Below, piece by piece: positions 11,901 through 23,159 of a DNA stretch of 64,000 nucleotides. Every line of letters begins with the position of its first letter. The stretch's first letter is position 1. The stretch comes from Octopus sinensis (lineage: Eukaryota): NCBI RefSeq assembly GCF_006345805.1, contig NC_043013.1, positions 43,028,001 through 43,092,000 of the forward strand, in the 5' to 3' direction. A program made the translations under genes and the position numbers. The notes beneath the pieces were generated by a model that worked only from the letters and a program-made list of their open reading frames with translations, was not told the DNA's origin and made no database searches.

Positions 11901-14207
11901 AGAGAGAACATAAGGTTTGTTACAAGTGCATTCACATTTAAACTGTTTAAGGCAGAACAGCATGATTTTGTGAGAAAGAAGTTTACTTCACACCTCCATG
12001 ATACCAAATTCAGGGTCATTCTGCATCATATTGGACAGGTATTTCCTACCATAGTCTTAGGTTAGCCAATGCTTTCATAGATGGAAACTATGTTAAAAGC
12101 TGTCTGAAGGCCCAATCCTATTTTTGGTGGTAGAATTATTTTGTTGTCTTGTTTAAGACTACATCTGATCCTTAGGTGCCTTTAACAGAGTACACGCTTT
12201 ATCAAACATTCAGGCCTGGTCTCTAATCTGAGGATTACTTCTTCCCTTCTTCAAATTGGTCTTGGCAACACTGAGAAAACTCTTTAAATATTGCTATATT
12301 TTAAAAACTTAAGTATTTTTATGTTTTGAATAGTTTTTTACATAGTAATTGTGGATTAGAAGGAATTTGGAAATTTTAGCAATAAGAGAGCAAAGTCATT
12401 AAACTATCATTATCATCATCATCATTACTTAACATCTGCCTTCCACACTGGCATGGATTGGATGGTCAGGTAGGAGCCTGCACCAGACGTTTGTGTCTGT
12501 TTTGGCACATATTTTACAGCTGGATGCCCTTCCTAACACTAACCACCCAGCAAAGTGGACAGAAATGAATGGTAAAAATGTTAATGAATATATGAGAAGG
12601 AAATTAAAGATCACAATAAATAAGATGAATTCAGTGATATATTTATACTCTTTGTTCAAATTGCTTGATATCTTTAGTTTTAAGATCTGATAACCCAATG
12701 GATTAGTTGGACACCATTGTAATTTTGGGATAAAGAGAGGCTGAAATATTTGGAGTAGCTTTCCTCAATACCCTTTCAAAACCAAAGGAAGAATTGAACA
12801 TAGCAGTGAAAGTTAAAGAAATGATTGTCAGACAAACAGTTCCCCCTTAGTAACCTTACTTTTGAGTTGTTGTTTAGCTATCTTGCAGGCCTGTGATCAA
12901 AGGCCTTACAACTGTAACTCCCCCCTCCAATTTCTTTGTTATCTATAGGACTATATTATCTATGTATTTTGTGTTTTAAAATGAGAGGATGTTATATGAT
13001 AGCTGCACATGGTACTTATTAAGTGATTCATAAATGTTTACGACTAAAATGTCTTTGTCCAGCTTACAGTGATGTTAGCCTATTGTTTAGCAGCCTGATG
13101 CTTTTATTATTTTGTCCACCTGACTTTGCTTTCTTCTGCTTACCTTTGTGGTTTCTGTATAGATTACTCAACTACATCTGACCTTCCTAATATTTAAGGT
13201 CCATGAAGTGACATTTGGATAAATACGTAATTTCCCCTACATTCAGAAGAATGTCTCTTGGGTATTCTTGCAGAGTAACAGGTGTCAAGTTGGTGTGTGT
13301 AGGCAGGGATATTTCTTTTTTATTTTCTGTTGAAATTCTCTGTTGTCTTTATATTCTTTCGCACTTTTCAGATTAGAGAAAATGAAATTGGAAAAAATGA
13401 AACTGGAAAAAGAGAAACTGTTAAGATACAAAATGGAAAAAGAACTTCTTGAAATAAAAAGGCGTGATGTAGAGATGCATTCAGCTGAGATGTTACGGTA
13501 AGTGAGACAGATTATGTTGTTACTGTTACAGAAACTGAAGAAGGAGGCCATAAGATTGGACAGTGTTAGAGAGAAGATAAGGTTTGTTAAAAGTGCATTC
13601 ACATTGAAACTGCTTAAGACAGAATTGCATAATTGTGTGGGTAAGAAGTTTCCTTCACACCTCCATAATATCAAATTCAGTGTCATTGTGAATCATTTTG
13701 GATGGGTGTTTTCTGACATAGTCTTGGGTTGACCAATGCTTTCATAAGTGGAAACTAGGCGATCTTTTGATATGAGAACTGTGTTTGTGACTTTTTAAAG
13801 CACGTGTATTTGCTTGTTTCTGAAGAAGATTGTCACTTTTTATTTTTTTACATATGTGGGGTGAGGGGAAAGGGGATCTTTTGAAGTCGGCATGAAAGCA
13901 AGGGACTGAGAGAGCGCAATTGGATCAGGGAAGTTCTTTTCAAGTTGGCATGCCGTATGTGTGTGTGTGTTTGATGGGGTGTGTGAAAGAGAAAGTGTGG
14001 TTTGTATGTGAAGTTCTTTTGTTAGTGTGTGTGAAGAGACACAGAGTAATGTTGCAGGTGTGTGTGTATGTGAGAGAGGTTATGTATGTATGTATGAATG
14101 GCTTCAGTGACTACGCTCTTCCACAGAAAGGAACAAGGAGAGAAAAGAAAATAAAGAATGTGTAGTGGCTAGTGATCTATCATGGCACATTTATGTGTGT
14201 GTGTGTG

Positions 14208-14239
<32 letters not shown>

Positions 14240-17200
14240 GATACATCCATTTATGCATATATATATATAGATACATACATATATATCTATATATATGTGT
14301 GTGTGTGTGTGTGTCACTGAAGCCATTCATACATACATAGAGAACCTCTCTCTCTCTCTCTCTCACATACACACACACACAAACACACGGCATGCCAACT
14401 TCAAAAGAACTTCCCCGATCCAATCTTGCTCTCTCTGTCTCTTTTGCTTTTATGCCAACTTCAAATGATCCTCTTCTCCCCACCCCACATATATGAAAAA
14501 AAAATTTTAATTTTTACGGAAAGCGACAATCTTCTTCAGAAACATAAACAAATACATGTGCATTGTTTTTGACAACTATAGTACTCATAACGTAATTTAG
14601 CCAGAAACTATGTTTAAAGCTGTCTGAGGTGGGACCATCCCTGTTTTTGCTGGTACTATTATTGTGTTGTTCTCTTTAAGAGCACATCTGATCCTTGGAT
14701 GCCCTTTGCAGAGTACACACTTTTTCAAGCTTTCAGTCCAGGTCTCTAATCTAAGGATAGCTTCTTCCCTTCTTCTAATCAGTCTTGGGGACGCTGAAAA
14801 AACATACCTTGGGTTCTGCTCTTCCTTTTATAAGCCACAAAACCATTTTAAAGATCTTTTAGATAGTAATTGTGATTTATGAAGAATTTGGAAATTTTCA
14901 CAAAAGCAGGGCTAAGACATTTTAAATGAATGGTAAAAGAAAGAAAAAAAGTAAAGATTAGAGCATGTAAGATATATTAAGTGGTTTCTTTTTTTAACTA
15001 TTAAGTAACGTGTAAATATTGGGTTCAAAATTTTATATTCTCTGTTGAGGCAAGTGAGAATCAGAATCAAAATTAAAATCGATCAACATCAATGGAAATT
15101 GTAGCTGTGATACCAGTGCCGGTGGCACGTAAGCGAACCATCTGAACATGGCCGTTGCCAGCCTTGCCTGGCCCCCGTGCCGGTGGCACGTAAAAAGCAC
15201 CATCCGATCATGGCCATTGCCAGCCTCGCCTGGCCCCAGTGCCAGTGGCACGTAAAAAGCACCATCCGACCGTGGCCGTTTGCCAGCCCCGTCTGGCACG
15301 TAAAAAGCACCCACTACACTCACGGAGTGGTTGGCATTAGGAAGGGCATCCAGCTGTAGAAACATTGCCAGATCAAACTGGGCCTGGTGCAGCCTTCTGG
15401 CCTCCCAGACCCCTAGTTGAACCGTCCAATCCATGCTAGCATGGAAAGCGGACGCTAAATGGTGATGATGATGTTTAAATTGTATTATCTCTTGATAAGT
15501 TTTTCTTAAGATTTAATAATCCACTGGTTGGGTTGGATACCATTGTAAATTTTAGCCTATGTTTCGGGATAAAGAGAAGCTGACATATTTGGAGCAGTTT
15601 TTCTCGATACCCTTTCAAGAGATGATTATTAGACAGTTTCTCTGTTCTTGTAGTGAACTTTTCTTTGTATTGTTATCATTCAGGCCTATGATCAAAGGCC
15701 TTATAAGTTTAACTGTCACGCCCGCCCTTTTTGTGGGGAGGGTATCTGTAGTACTATATTATTTATGTATTTTGTGTTTGAAAATGATAGCTCCACATGG
15801 TACTTATTAAGTGTTGGGTGAATCTTTATTTAAGGCTGAAGTCTCTTTGTCCATCTCACAGTGATGATAGTTTGTTGTTTAGCAGACTGATACTCTATCT
15901 ATTATTTTATCTACGTAACTCACTTCCCTTTTCCAAGGGGTGAAATGTGTTTTTAAAGGTGACAGATACTTAATTTCCTCTAGTTTCAAAAGAACGTTTC
16001 TTGGATATTCTGGCAGAGTAACATGTCAGGGTAGATACAAGTTGATGAGTATAGGCAAGGATTGTCAGTTTTATTTTTATTTTCTGTTTAAATTCTTAAT
16101 GTTATCTTTATATTCTTTCATATTTTTCAGGTTAGAGAGAATGAAATTGGAGAAAATGAAGCTGGAGAAAGAGAAATTATTAAGATACAGGATGGAAAAA
16201 GAACTTCTGGAAATGGAAAGGCGTGATGTAGAGATGCGGTAAGTGAGATAAGTTATGTTGTTACTCTTATGCTGTGAACTTAATGATGAATTTTTATCCG
16301 TAACATAATGTAAATATTGGGTTAAGAACCCTTTTGGACAGGAAACACCAAAAGGCTGCTCTTGAGCATGAACCTACATCTGTAAATTTGACAGATATTC
16401 TACCATTGTCCGACAGGCAGCCTTTGACTTTTTCTATCCCAAAACGTTTTGAACCCAATATTTACATGTCATTATTTTGTAGCTTCATCTTCTTCGAGCT
16501 CTACAGATAAGAATGAATTATTTCACATCCTCTCAAAGTTTCTAAATACTTATGATAAACTTATTGCTTTTTTTTTCTTGGTGTCTTTGATACAACCTAT
16601 TTGATTGAATTATATTTTATTTACCCTTGGATAATTTCATGTTTGTTTTGTTTGTTGGATTGGGGATTAGGATGTAGGACTTTTCCTAATTGTGGAAAGT
16701 AATCTCAAATGGGATTCTTGTGTATGTAAAGATGTTGTAATGCTGATCTGTTGATCTCATCATAGAGGAAGCAAAACAATGAACCAGTGGTGTTCACATC
16801 ACTTCTGACCTAACTTATCCATTGGCCTAAACACAACCATTCATCATCATCATCACATAATGTCCGTTTCCCTGCTGGCATGGGTTGGACGGTTTCACAG
16901 GAACTGGCCAGTCAGAGAGCTGCACTAGTGTCCATTTGTCTGTTTTGGCATAGTATCTATGACTGGATGCCTTTCCTAATGCAACCACTTTACAGAATGT
17001 ACCAGGTGCTTTTTACGGAGCAACAACATGGATGCTTCACATGTGGCTCTAGCACAGGTGCTTTTCAGGTGGCAGTCACATTAATAAAAAAAAACAGCAA
17101 CAAAACCACTTTGTGGAAGCATGTATGTGTTGTAGCAGCTTGATCTGCTAGCAATAACAGCCAAATCGCCATATTCCACTGCTCATGACTGAAATGAGTA

Positions 17201-20200
17201 CTTTATGTTGTAGATCAGTATTGACACAATGAATGACAACAGCAGGTCTACAAAGCAATTTTATATATTGACATGAAATATTTACTGTGATGGTCTTTAG
17301 CTACTTAGTAGCAAGAAATTAAGTCCAGTAACTGTTTTGGTATGTCATCGCATAATCTTGATTCTGGGGCTGTTTATTGCCTTATTTTTGTTATGTGGAT
17401 ATCAGCTCATTGGTGTTGGGTTTGTTTAGCCCTAAGTCAGCTCAGATGGAGCAGACCTAAAGGTGGTCGAGTTTTGTTTTTCTTCTCTCAGACATAATGT
17501 TGGACTACATTAGCCAGTGCATCCAACATTTTATTTTTCTCTCAAGACAGTTGGGGATAATTTGAGGACATTTTGCATGCTGGTTCTGGTGTTTGAGGAC
17601 TGCATAAAAGCAACCTTGTTATTGAAACTGGTGTCCTGGTGGTTGATTGTTGAAAGTTAAGGTTGTTTACTATCTTTATCTTATCCTTTAGCTGCTTGTC
17701 ATTCAATACAACTGTTCTTTACTTGATTTTGCTGGTTTTTTGTTTAATATCAGGTTAAATGAAATGAGACATCCTGCAAAAAGACCTCATGATCGAAACC
17801 GTCTTCGTGATGAACTCTGGGACGAACCTAAACGATCCAGGATGATCGGTTCTGGCAACCACTCTAGATTTGAACTTCCATTCCAGAATGAGTCACGGTA
17901 AGTTGTGAGTGGTGAAGTTGATATGTTGTCATTGATTCCTTATTACCTGGCTAGTGTTTTAAATTAAAGTTTCATTTGCATTTCACAATATCTTTGGCCT
18001 GTTTTATATGTGTATGCTTAGAGATTATTGAGGCTAAATTTAACAGTTTGTACAAAAAGCAAAGAAAATACTGTCCCATCGAAAAATAAAAGTATTTTTA
18101 AAAAATCAAAAAATACCAACTAGATTATATCTGCAAGATAACTCTTCAGTTAGAGTGGCTGCTCTCATCCTCCACCACAGCCTCAGGACAGCTCTGAAAC
18201 CTGGCTCTGGTATTCCTCACTGACATGGATGATTTGACAGGACCTGATGGAATGGAGGACTGCATCATGCTCCAGTATCTGTTTTAGCATGGTTTCTTTG
18301 AACTAAGTGCTTTTTTTCATTCAACTGAGCGGGACCACAGTAAAGGAGGAGGCAACTGTATGCGAAGTGACGAGAGATTAAATTATATTTAAGGTATATA
18401 ATCCTGTTTGTAAATGTGAGGTGTGTGTCTTAACTCAGTCAATAGCTTCAATTTTGACAACAAAGTGAACAAAGGTATTCTAAATACTATACAAAATCAA
18501 TTCTGATTTATAGAAATTGTCGTTGCTTTGAGAGAAGGTAAACCATGACCTGCTGGTAATTGCTAATGATTCTGAATGAGGAAGAGATACAATCTCAAGA
18601 ACCAAGAGTTCTCTGAAATTGTTACACCATTAAGGAAAAGGCAGTCTGCTTTCTCTGCAAGCAAGAGGACAGCTCTAGACATTTGTTTAAGCTTCAGTAA
18701 GCATCAACATAATAGTTGTCGTATCTTATTGTATATTGGATACTTATCTAATTTCATCTTTCTTTTTCTCTTTCAGCTATAATGAATATGAGAACACTGA
18801 TTATGGTAGAAGGGACAGTAGATCTTTGGAAGGTGGAAGTCGCTATGATGAACGTAAAGAAAGAGAAATGATGCGAAGGGAAATGGGTCCTTTCCGAGAT
18901 ATTCGGGTCAGAGATGAAAGACGAACTGAAGACCGTTCTCGAACAGATGAAAAACTCAACAGGTAATGTGTGTTTTTAAACCTGACTTTTTTGTTTTTGA
19001 TTTTGTATCTTTCTACTGCTCACTATTGTTCTACACACTAGCTGGTATCTGGCTGTTGTTACAAACCTTATCCTTCATATCAGTCAAAGTTTATGCACAC
19101 ATTAGCCTCTGTGCAGGTTAGTTTTGGTGTATACACCAATCTCTGTTTGAGGTTAATGTTGGTGTGTATGCCAGTCTCCATATGGGTCAGTGTTGATGTG
19201 AACAAGGTTCTGTATAGGTGAAAGTTGATCAATTGCTCAGGTTGTGTACATTGTCCCTTGTACAGTATGTTGCTAAACACTTTAATTTGTTAATTTTGTA
19301 TCTGGTTTACCTCCACATCCAGGATGCCCTTTGAATTAAGAAGAGATATGGGACCAAGTGGAGAGCCTGATAAAAGATATGTTGGTTCCGATCGAGGACG
19401 TGATAATGACCGACGAAGTATATCAGCTCACAATAGATTGGGCAGGGTGAGAAATTCTTTTGGTAAGCTTCCACTCACTTCTTTTGATCATTTCTCTCTC
19501 TCTCAAGTAAAATTTCACCCACTTCTTAAAGCATTCTGTAGCTGTCCTTCTCTTAACTCTGTAGCACTTAAACCACTAATATTGGGCCCAGATATTTTAC
19601 TTGTCTTATGTTCAACTAGATCTGGCCTCCCACACTTCCCCTGTCATTCTCAAAATAAACAATCACTTCATCAAAATCTTGAAGCTACAAGATAATGCAT
19701 GACTAATTCAAAACAATGTGAATGAAAAAGCATTACTTTCAACAGAGTAATCTGAATGCTAAAGAGTTAAGCCCTAGTCTTCTCCATATCTCTTGTCTTT
19801 TCTTTTCATCAATATTCTCTTCATTTTATTTTGACATTAATTCCTTTCAGTCTTTATTTTTCATATTCGTGTATTCATTAGTGCATTTTCTGCCTTCTTC
19901 CTTTCAGGTGGTGGACCAGACCAGAGATCTTCTTGGGGTTCTGGCAGTGTAGATAGGAAAGTGGACAACTGGTCCCACATGCATGGAGACATGGACCAAC
20001 CCAGTGAACCATGGCTTGGTGACCCCATGGAGAAAACGGGGCGTGATGCCAGTGGGGCATTTGTAGACAATAGCAGACCCGGTAATAGTGGTGGGATGGG
20101 GCAGAACTTGGGATCTGGTAACACATTTGGCAACTCTCAGTCACATAGTGGGATCATGATGGTTACACGTGGTGGTGGAGGTGGTAGTGTCAGTAATACG

Positions 20201-20257
20201 AGTGGACGTATGCAAGAACCTCGTTTTGATGCTTACAGTATTATGGGATCTATGTGA
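2319..20257 (+). CDS. SAFB: SAFB/SLTM-family scaffold attachment factor, copy A (5' exons incl. SAP domain lie upstream of the window)
   Basis: join(2319..2913,4518..4558,4705..4799,7547..7696,9110..9191,9936..10067,10607..10797,11754..11914,13372..13497,16131..16238,17754..17897,18777..18962,19323..19462,19908..20257). All introns are GT-AG, phases are compatible and the frame stays open to TGA at 20255-20257. [52 protein letters not shown] is the SAFB-family signature. Confidence 0.92.
2336..2518 (+). repeat. Coding minisatellite, 4 x 45-48 nt ([15 protein letters not shown])
   Basis: Four tandem in-frame units; copy B has one. Confidence 0.85.
4081..4122 (+). other. Copy A candidate 42-nt poison (PTC) cassette exon
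   Basis: Polypyrimidine tract + aag acceptor, cag|gtaagc donor; in-frame TAA TAA when joined to 2913; same-size counterpart at 41563..41604. Confidence 0.6.
4518..4558 (+). CDS. SAFB: Copy A micro-exon ([13 protein letters not shown])
   Basis: ttgcag acceptor, gtaagt donor, phase 2 to 1 fits neighbours; homologous to 42866..42900. Confidence 0.85.
4705..4799 (+). CDS. SAFB: Copy A RRM exon 1 (RNP2)
   Basis: [26 protein letters not shown]; cag/gtatg splice sites. Confidence 0.95.
4890..6850 (+). mobile_element. CR1/L2-group LINE relic (RT)
   Basis: Decayed RT motifs [23 protein letters not shown] with many stops and frameshifts; boundaries approximate. Confidence 0.6.
7036..7430 (-). mobile_element. 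tRNA-derived SINE, family 1 (full length)
   Basis: Reverse complement of A-box/B-box head gcaggagtggctgtgtggtaag...gggttcagtccc, central microsatellite, tail gactgaaac...aaaagag; many copies in the window. Confidence 0.85.
7547..7696 (+). CDS. SAFB: Copy A RRM exon 2 (RNP1)
   Basis: [50 protein letters not shown]; cag/gtgagt. Confidence 0.95.
9110..9191 (+). CDS. SAFB: Copy A post-RRM Lys-rich exon
   Basis: [27 protein letters not shown]; tttag/gtatga; phase 0 to 1. Confidence 0.85.
9395..9850 (+). mobile_element. SINE family 1 head with a different (gat)n-tailed 3' half
   Basis: Same tRNA-like head; 3' end gtggacattaaaaactatgatgat. Confidence 0.7.
9936..10067 (+). CDS. SAFB: Copy A Lys/Arg/Ser-rich exon
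   Basis: [44 protein letters not shown]; tgcag/gtcagt. Confidence 0.85.
10300..10590 (+). mobile_element. Degenerate SINE, same type as 9395..9850
   Basis: gccttgtgagtggatttggtagatggaaa core; ends just upstream of the 10607 acceptor. Confidence 0.6.
10607..10797 (+). CDS. SAFB: Copy A linker exon ending [10 protein letters not shown]
   Basis: tttcag/gtaagt; open frame; ends phase 0; ILSFDEIK resembles the SAFB pre-coiled-coil motif. Confidence 0.85.
11754..11914 (+). CDS. SAFB: Copy A coiled-coil exon A
   Basis: [54 protein letters not shown]; 161 nt like 50463..50623; acceptor has a weak pyrimidine tract. Confidence 0.75.
13372..13497 (+). CDS. SAFB: Copy A coiled-coil exon B
   Basis: [41 protein letters not shown]; ttcag/gtaagt; symmetric phase 2-2. 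Confidence 0.85.
13532..13581 (+). CDS. Copy A candidate alternative exon A' (duplicated 3' part of exon A)
   Basis: [17 protein letters not shown]; acceptor gttacag formed at the duplication junction, donor gtttgt as in exon A; phase 0 to 2. Confidence 0.45.
13758..14602. mobile_element. Merlin-like non-autonomous foldback element
   Basis: Long degenerate inverted arms starting GGCGATC; 8-bp TSD ggaaacta/agaaacta; absent from the unduplicated intron near 12085. Confidence 0.7.
15040..15475 (+). mobile_element. SINE family 2 with internal ~55-bp minisatellite and (gat)n tail
   Basis: Core gttggcattaggaagggcatccagctgtagaaac...catgctagcatggaaagcggacgctaaatggtgatgatg; other copies at ~12410, 16845, 21805, 28910, 31750, 47090, 50128, 57870. 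Confidence 0.8.
16131..16238 (+). CDS. SAFB: Copy A duplicated coiled-coil exon B'
   Basis: [36 protein letters not shown]; ttttcag/gtaagt; 108 nt, phase 2-2. Confidence 0.8.
16309..16466. mobile_element. Small MITE-like palindrome
   Basis: Perfect 15-bp inverted ends tgtaaatattgggtt/aacccaatatttaca, extending imperfectly ~50 bp. Confidence 0.55.
17754..17897 (+). CDS. SAFB: Copy A exon ([23 protein letters not shown])
   Basis: cag/gtaagt; homologous to 52502..52648. Confidence 0.88.
18777..18962 (+). CDS. SAFB: Copy A Arg/Glu/Asp-rich exon
   Basis: tttcag/gtaatg; homologous to 58208..58408. Confidence 0.88.
19323..19462 (+). CDS. SAFB: Copy A penultimate coding exon
   Basis: [18 protein letters not shown]...; ccag/gtaagc; homologous to 58601..58737. 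Confidence 0.85.
19908..20257 (+). CDS. SAFB: Copy A last coding exon (Gly/Ser/Met/Asn-rich tail)
   Basis: tttcag acceptor; open to TGA; ends [13 protein letters not shown]. Confidence 0.9.
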
Positions 20258-20729
20258 AATCCAAACTGAGGACTAAAGTGTGAAGTCATGGTGAGGTGTT
20301 TGATTTTAGAGGTGCAGAAGGTCTCTGAGACAGATAATAAAACCCTGCCCTCCAGCCAATATATCATCCACATCCTGCATTCCATTTGTCACGTAGTGCT
20401 TGGTTGTTGGACATCCAATCATATTTCTGTCCTTCCATATTTTAATGCATGCACACACACACACACACACATTGTCTTCTCCCTATCTCCACTCTACTCC
20501 CTCTTACATTACTGTCTTAATATATTTATTTCCTTCAAATTTGTTGCTATATTTTATACTGTTATTCCTGACACACACACATTTCCACAGTTGTTATATA
20601 TTAATGAAAGAGGAGGGAGAGGAGCCCAGATACATTGTATTTACCAAAGTGGGGGAGAGAGGAAGAAGAGCAACCACAGAATGTAATAAAGAAGTGAAAA
20701 GAGACCACATAGAATGTAATATATGGAGA

Positions 20730-20735
20730 AATAAA
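20730..20735 (+). terminator. Candidate polyadenylation signal, copy A
   Basis: AATAAA within a 3' block conserved with copy B (61951..61956), followed by T-rich sequence. Confidence 0.45.
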
Positions 20736-21049
20736 TTTTATTCACTATAAAACAATCGCAAAGTATTTTATTTATTCTATATATATTCATGTCTTTATTT
20801 CTTTCTGTATTTTTTCTTTACCACCTCTGCCTTTGCTCTATCATTTTTTCATCTTTTCTCTTTCTCTATTTCAACATGTCACTGTTTGTTTTCCTTGAAG
20901 CTTCTAGTGGAAGTCAAAATGTTCGTTTTTGTTATCAACTTAATTTTCACAATAAGTTTATTCACCTACTCAAACAGATTCCTCCTGTGGTGGCCTCATC
21001 CAGAATTGCCACATCTTTGTTCACAGGTTACAAGACCTGTCTTTTTCAG

Positions 21050-21300
21050 CTATGAGCTGCCACTCAACCCTGCACACACTGACAGTCCTGTATGCAATAT
21101 TGGCAGAGGGTTTGGACAAGCAGGCCTAGCCGGAAGTATGAGTGCATAATGTCTCACAGTCTTGCATTTGAGGCTTTCAATCATACCTTGGAGGCTCCCT
21201 GAGGTAACACTCACATCATGGGTAAAGTTGTTCTCTAGTCATTTCAAACAAACTCTGACAATCATCTCAAATAAAACACCTGCAGTGGCTTTTCCTTACG
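21050..21300 (+). mobile_element. Helitron PIF1-helicase relic
   Basis: LPLNPAHTDSPVCNIGRG ... EAFNHTL ... IMGKVVL ... FKQTLTII resembles the Helitron helicase motifs LPL..CNI, EALDRTL, GDFRQTLPVI. Confidence 0.6.
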
Positions 21301-21949
21301 TGCAGGATATTGATGCTATCATCATTCAACAGATACAGCCCAGTCCAGAGGATACAAGTCAGTTCACACTGTCATTGTTATTATCATTCAATGTCTGTTT
21401 TCAGTACTGGCATGGGTTGGATGGTTTGACAGGTTCAGAATGCCCTGGGTGCTTTTCTCGTGACACTGGCACTAGAGACGTCACCAACTTGCAAAACAAA
21501 ATAAATAAAAGAAAAATCCCCCTCAACTGAGTAGGAGTGTGTTTGAGAGAAGGGGAGGTGGCTTTATGCCAGATGTTGAAGGCTAAAATATGATAGAGGG
21601 ACAGACGTCTTGCTGTAGAGGAGATAAATGGCCATCTCACATTACACTGGGCAACAAGAATAAAAAAAACTGTCCTGAACCTGGAATATTTCAACAAATT
21701 CCTAAGTGAATTTGCCTGCTAAATTCAAAAATAACTTGAGTTCTTCTCTATAAGGTTTAATTTCTGACTTGACCTGATAGAATAAGTATTTTATTCATAC
21801 AAAAGGCATCATCATCATTGTTTAACGTCCGTTCTCCATGCTAGCATGGGTTGGACGGTTCGACCGGGGATCTGGGAAGCCAGAAGGCTGCACCAGGCTC
21901 CGGTCTTATCTGGCAATGTTTCTACAGCTGGATGCCCTTCCTAAAATAT

Positions 21950-22240
21950 GAATCAGTAAAGAGAGCGTAACAAAACAAAACACTACAAACAAAAATCCAA
22001 AATTGAAAATGCACGTTGGCAAAGATTTTTGGTAGAAAATCCAAAGAATAAATTTGTGCTTCTTTGTGCACTGAATATTGAGCCACAGGAGTATCTCGTC
22101 TTAAACACCAGTAATAGTCTGCCATCATCACAGTGTCCCAACATCTTTGGTACTGAGTTTCCATCTCCTTGATGTCCTCATGGAATTGTTCACCTTGTTC
22201 ATTGCTAACATCTCCGAGATTTTCAGGAAAACAATCAAGA
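21950..22240 (-). mobile_element. DNA transposase C-terminal relic (Chapaev/CMC-like)
   Basis: SHLDCFPENLGDVSNEQGEQFHEDIKEMETQYQRCWDTVMMADYYWCLRRD; family assignment from memory, needs an HMM check. Confidence 0.55.
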
Positions 22241-22244
22241 TGAC

Positions 22245-22437
22245 TCTTTTACTTGTTTCAGTCATTTGACTGCAGCCATGCTGGAGCACCACCTTTAGTC
22301 AAGCAGATCGACACCAGGACTTATTCTTTGTAAGCCTAGTACTTATTCTATCAATCTCTTTTTTGCCAAACCGCTAAGTTATGGGGGACATAAACACACC
22401 AGCATCGGTTGTCAAGCGATGTTGGGGAAGGGACAAA
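22245..22437 (-). mobile_element. SINE family 1, 3' half
   Basis: Reverse complement of the family 1 tail. Confidence 0.8.
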
Positions 22438-22494
22438 CTTCGAAGTTCTTGATAAAAATGGGGACTGCTTCAAGTATATGAACAACCGTACCTA

Positions 22495-22872
22495 GTGGTA
22501 AGTAGCTTGCTTACGAACCACATGGTTCCGGGTTCGGTCCCACTGCGTGGCACCTTGGTCAAGTGTCTTCTACTATAGCCTCAGGACGACCAAAGCCTTG
22601 TGAGTGGATTTGGTAGATGGAAACTGAAAGAAGCACACATATATATATATGTGTGTGTGTGTGTGTATACGTTTGTGTGTTTGTGTTTGTCCCCTCAACA
22701 TCGCTTGACAACCGATGCTGGTATGTTTACGTCCGCGTAACTTAGTGGTTTGGCAAAAGTGACCGATAGGATAAGTACTAGGCTTACAAAGAATAAGTCC
22801 TGGGGTCGATTTGCCCGACTAAAGGCGGTGCTCTAGCATGGCCACAGTCAAACGACTGAAACCAGTAAAAGA
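22495..22872 (+). mobile_element. SINE family 1 (near full length)
   Basis: Head, (ta/tg)n centre and tail all present. Confidence 0.85.
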
Positions 22873-23159
22873 GAGTAACGAGGAGCTGGTGCTGATAGAA
22901 GAAAAACAAGCCACATGGCAAGAAGATAATGTTCAGTTTTTATTAGTTGATTGCAAAAATATGAGAAGTCCATTATAGATTCAAATTATACACTAGTTAT
23001 ACAAGAAAATGAAGTGCTGTAACTGCAAACAAGTTTGGATAATTTCTACACCCCTGAAGCAGATGCTGCTGCCGACGATCTATGGGTGGGAGAGAGATGA
23101 ATCTCCACCTCCCATCACATAACAGCAGATGTCTTTTGTGATGAGTATGTATCTATTAT

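Larger units (their letters stand above)
11860..16260 (+). repeat. Internal tandem duplication in copy A (unit 1 ~11860-13530, unit 2 ~13531-16260)
   Basis: Collinear similarity over the 3' half of exon A, the intron and exon B; unit 2 is enlarged by two insertions. Confidence 0.9.
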
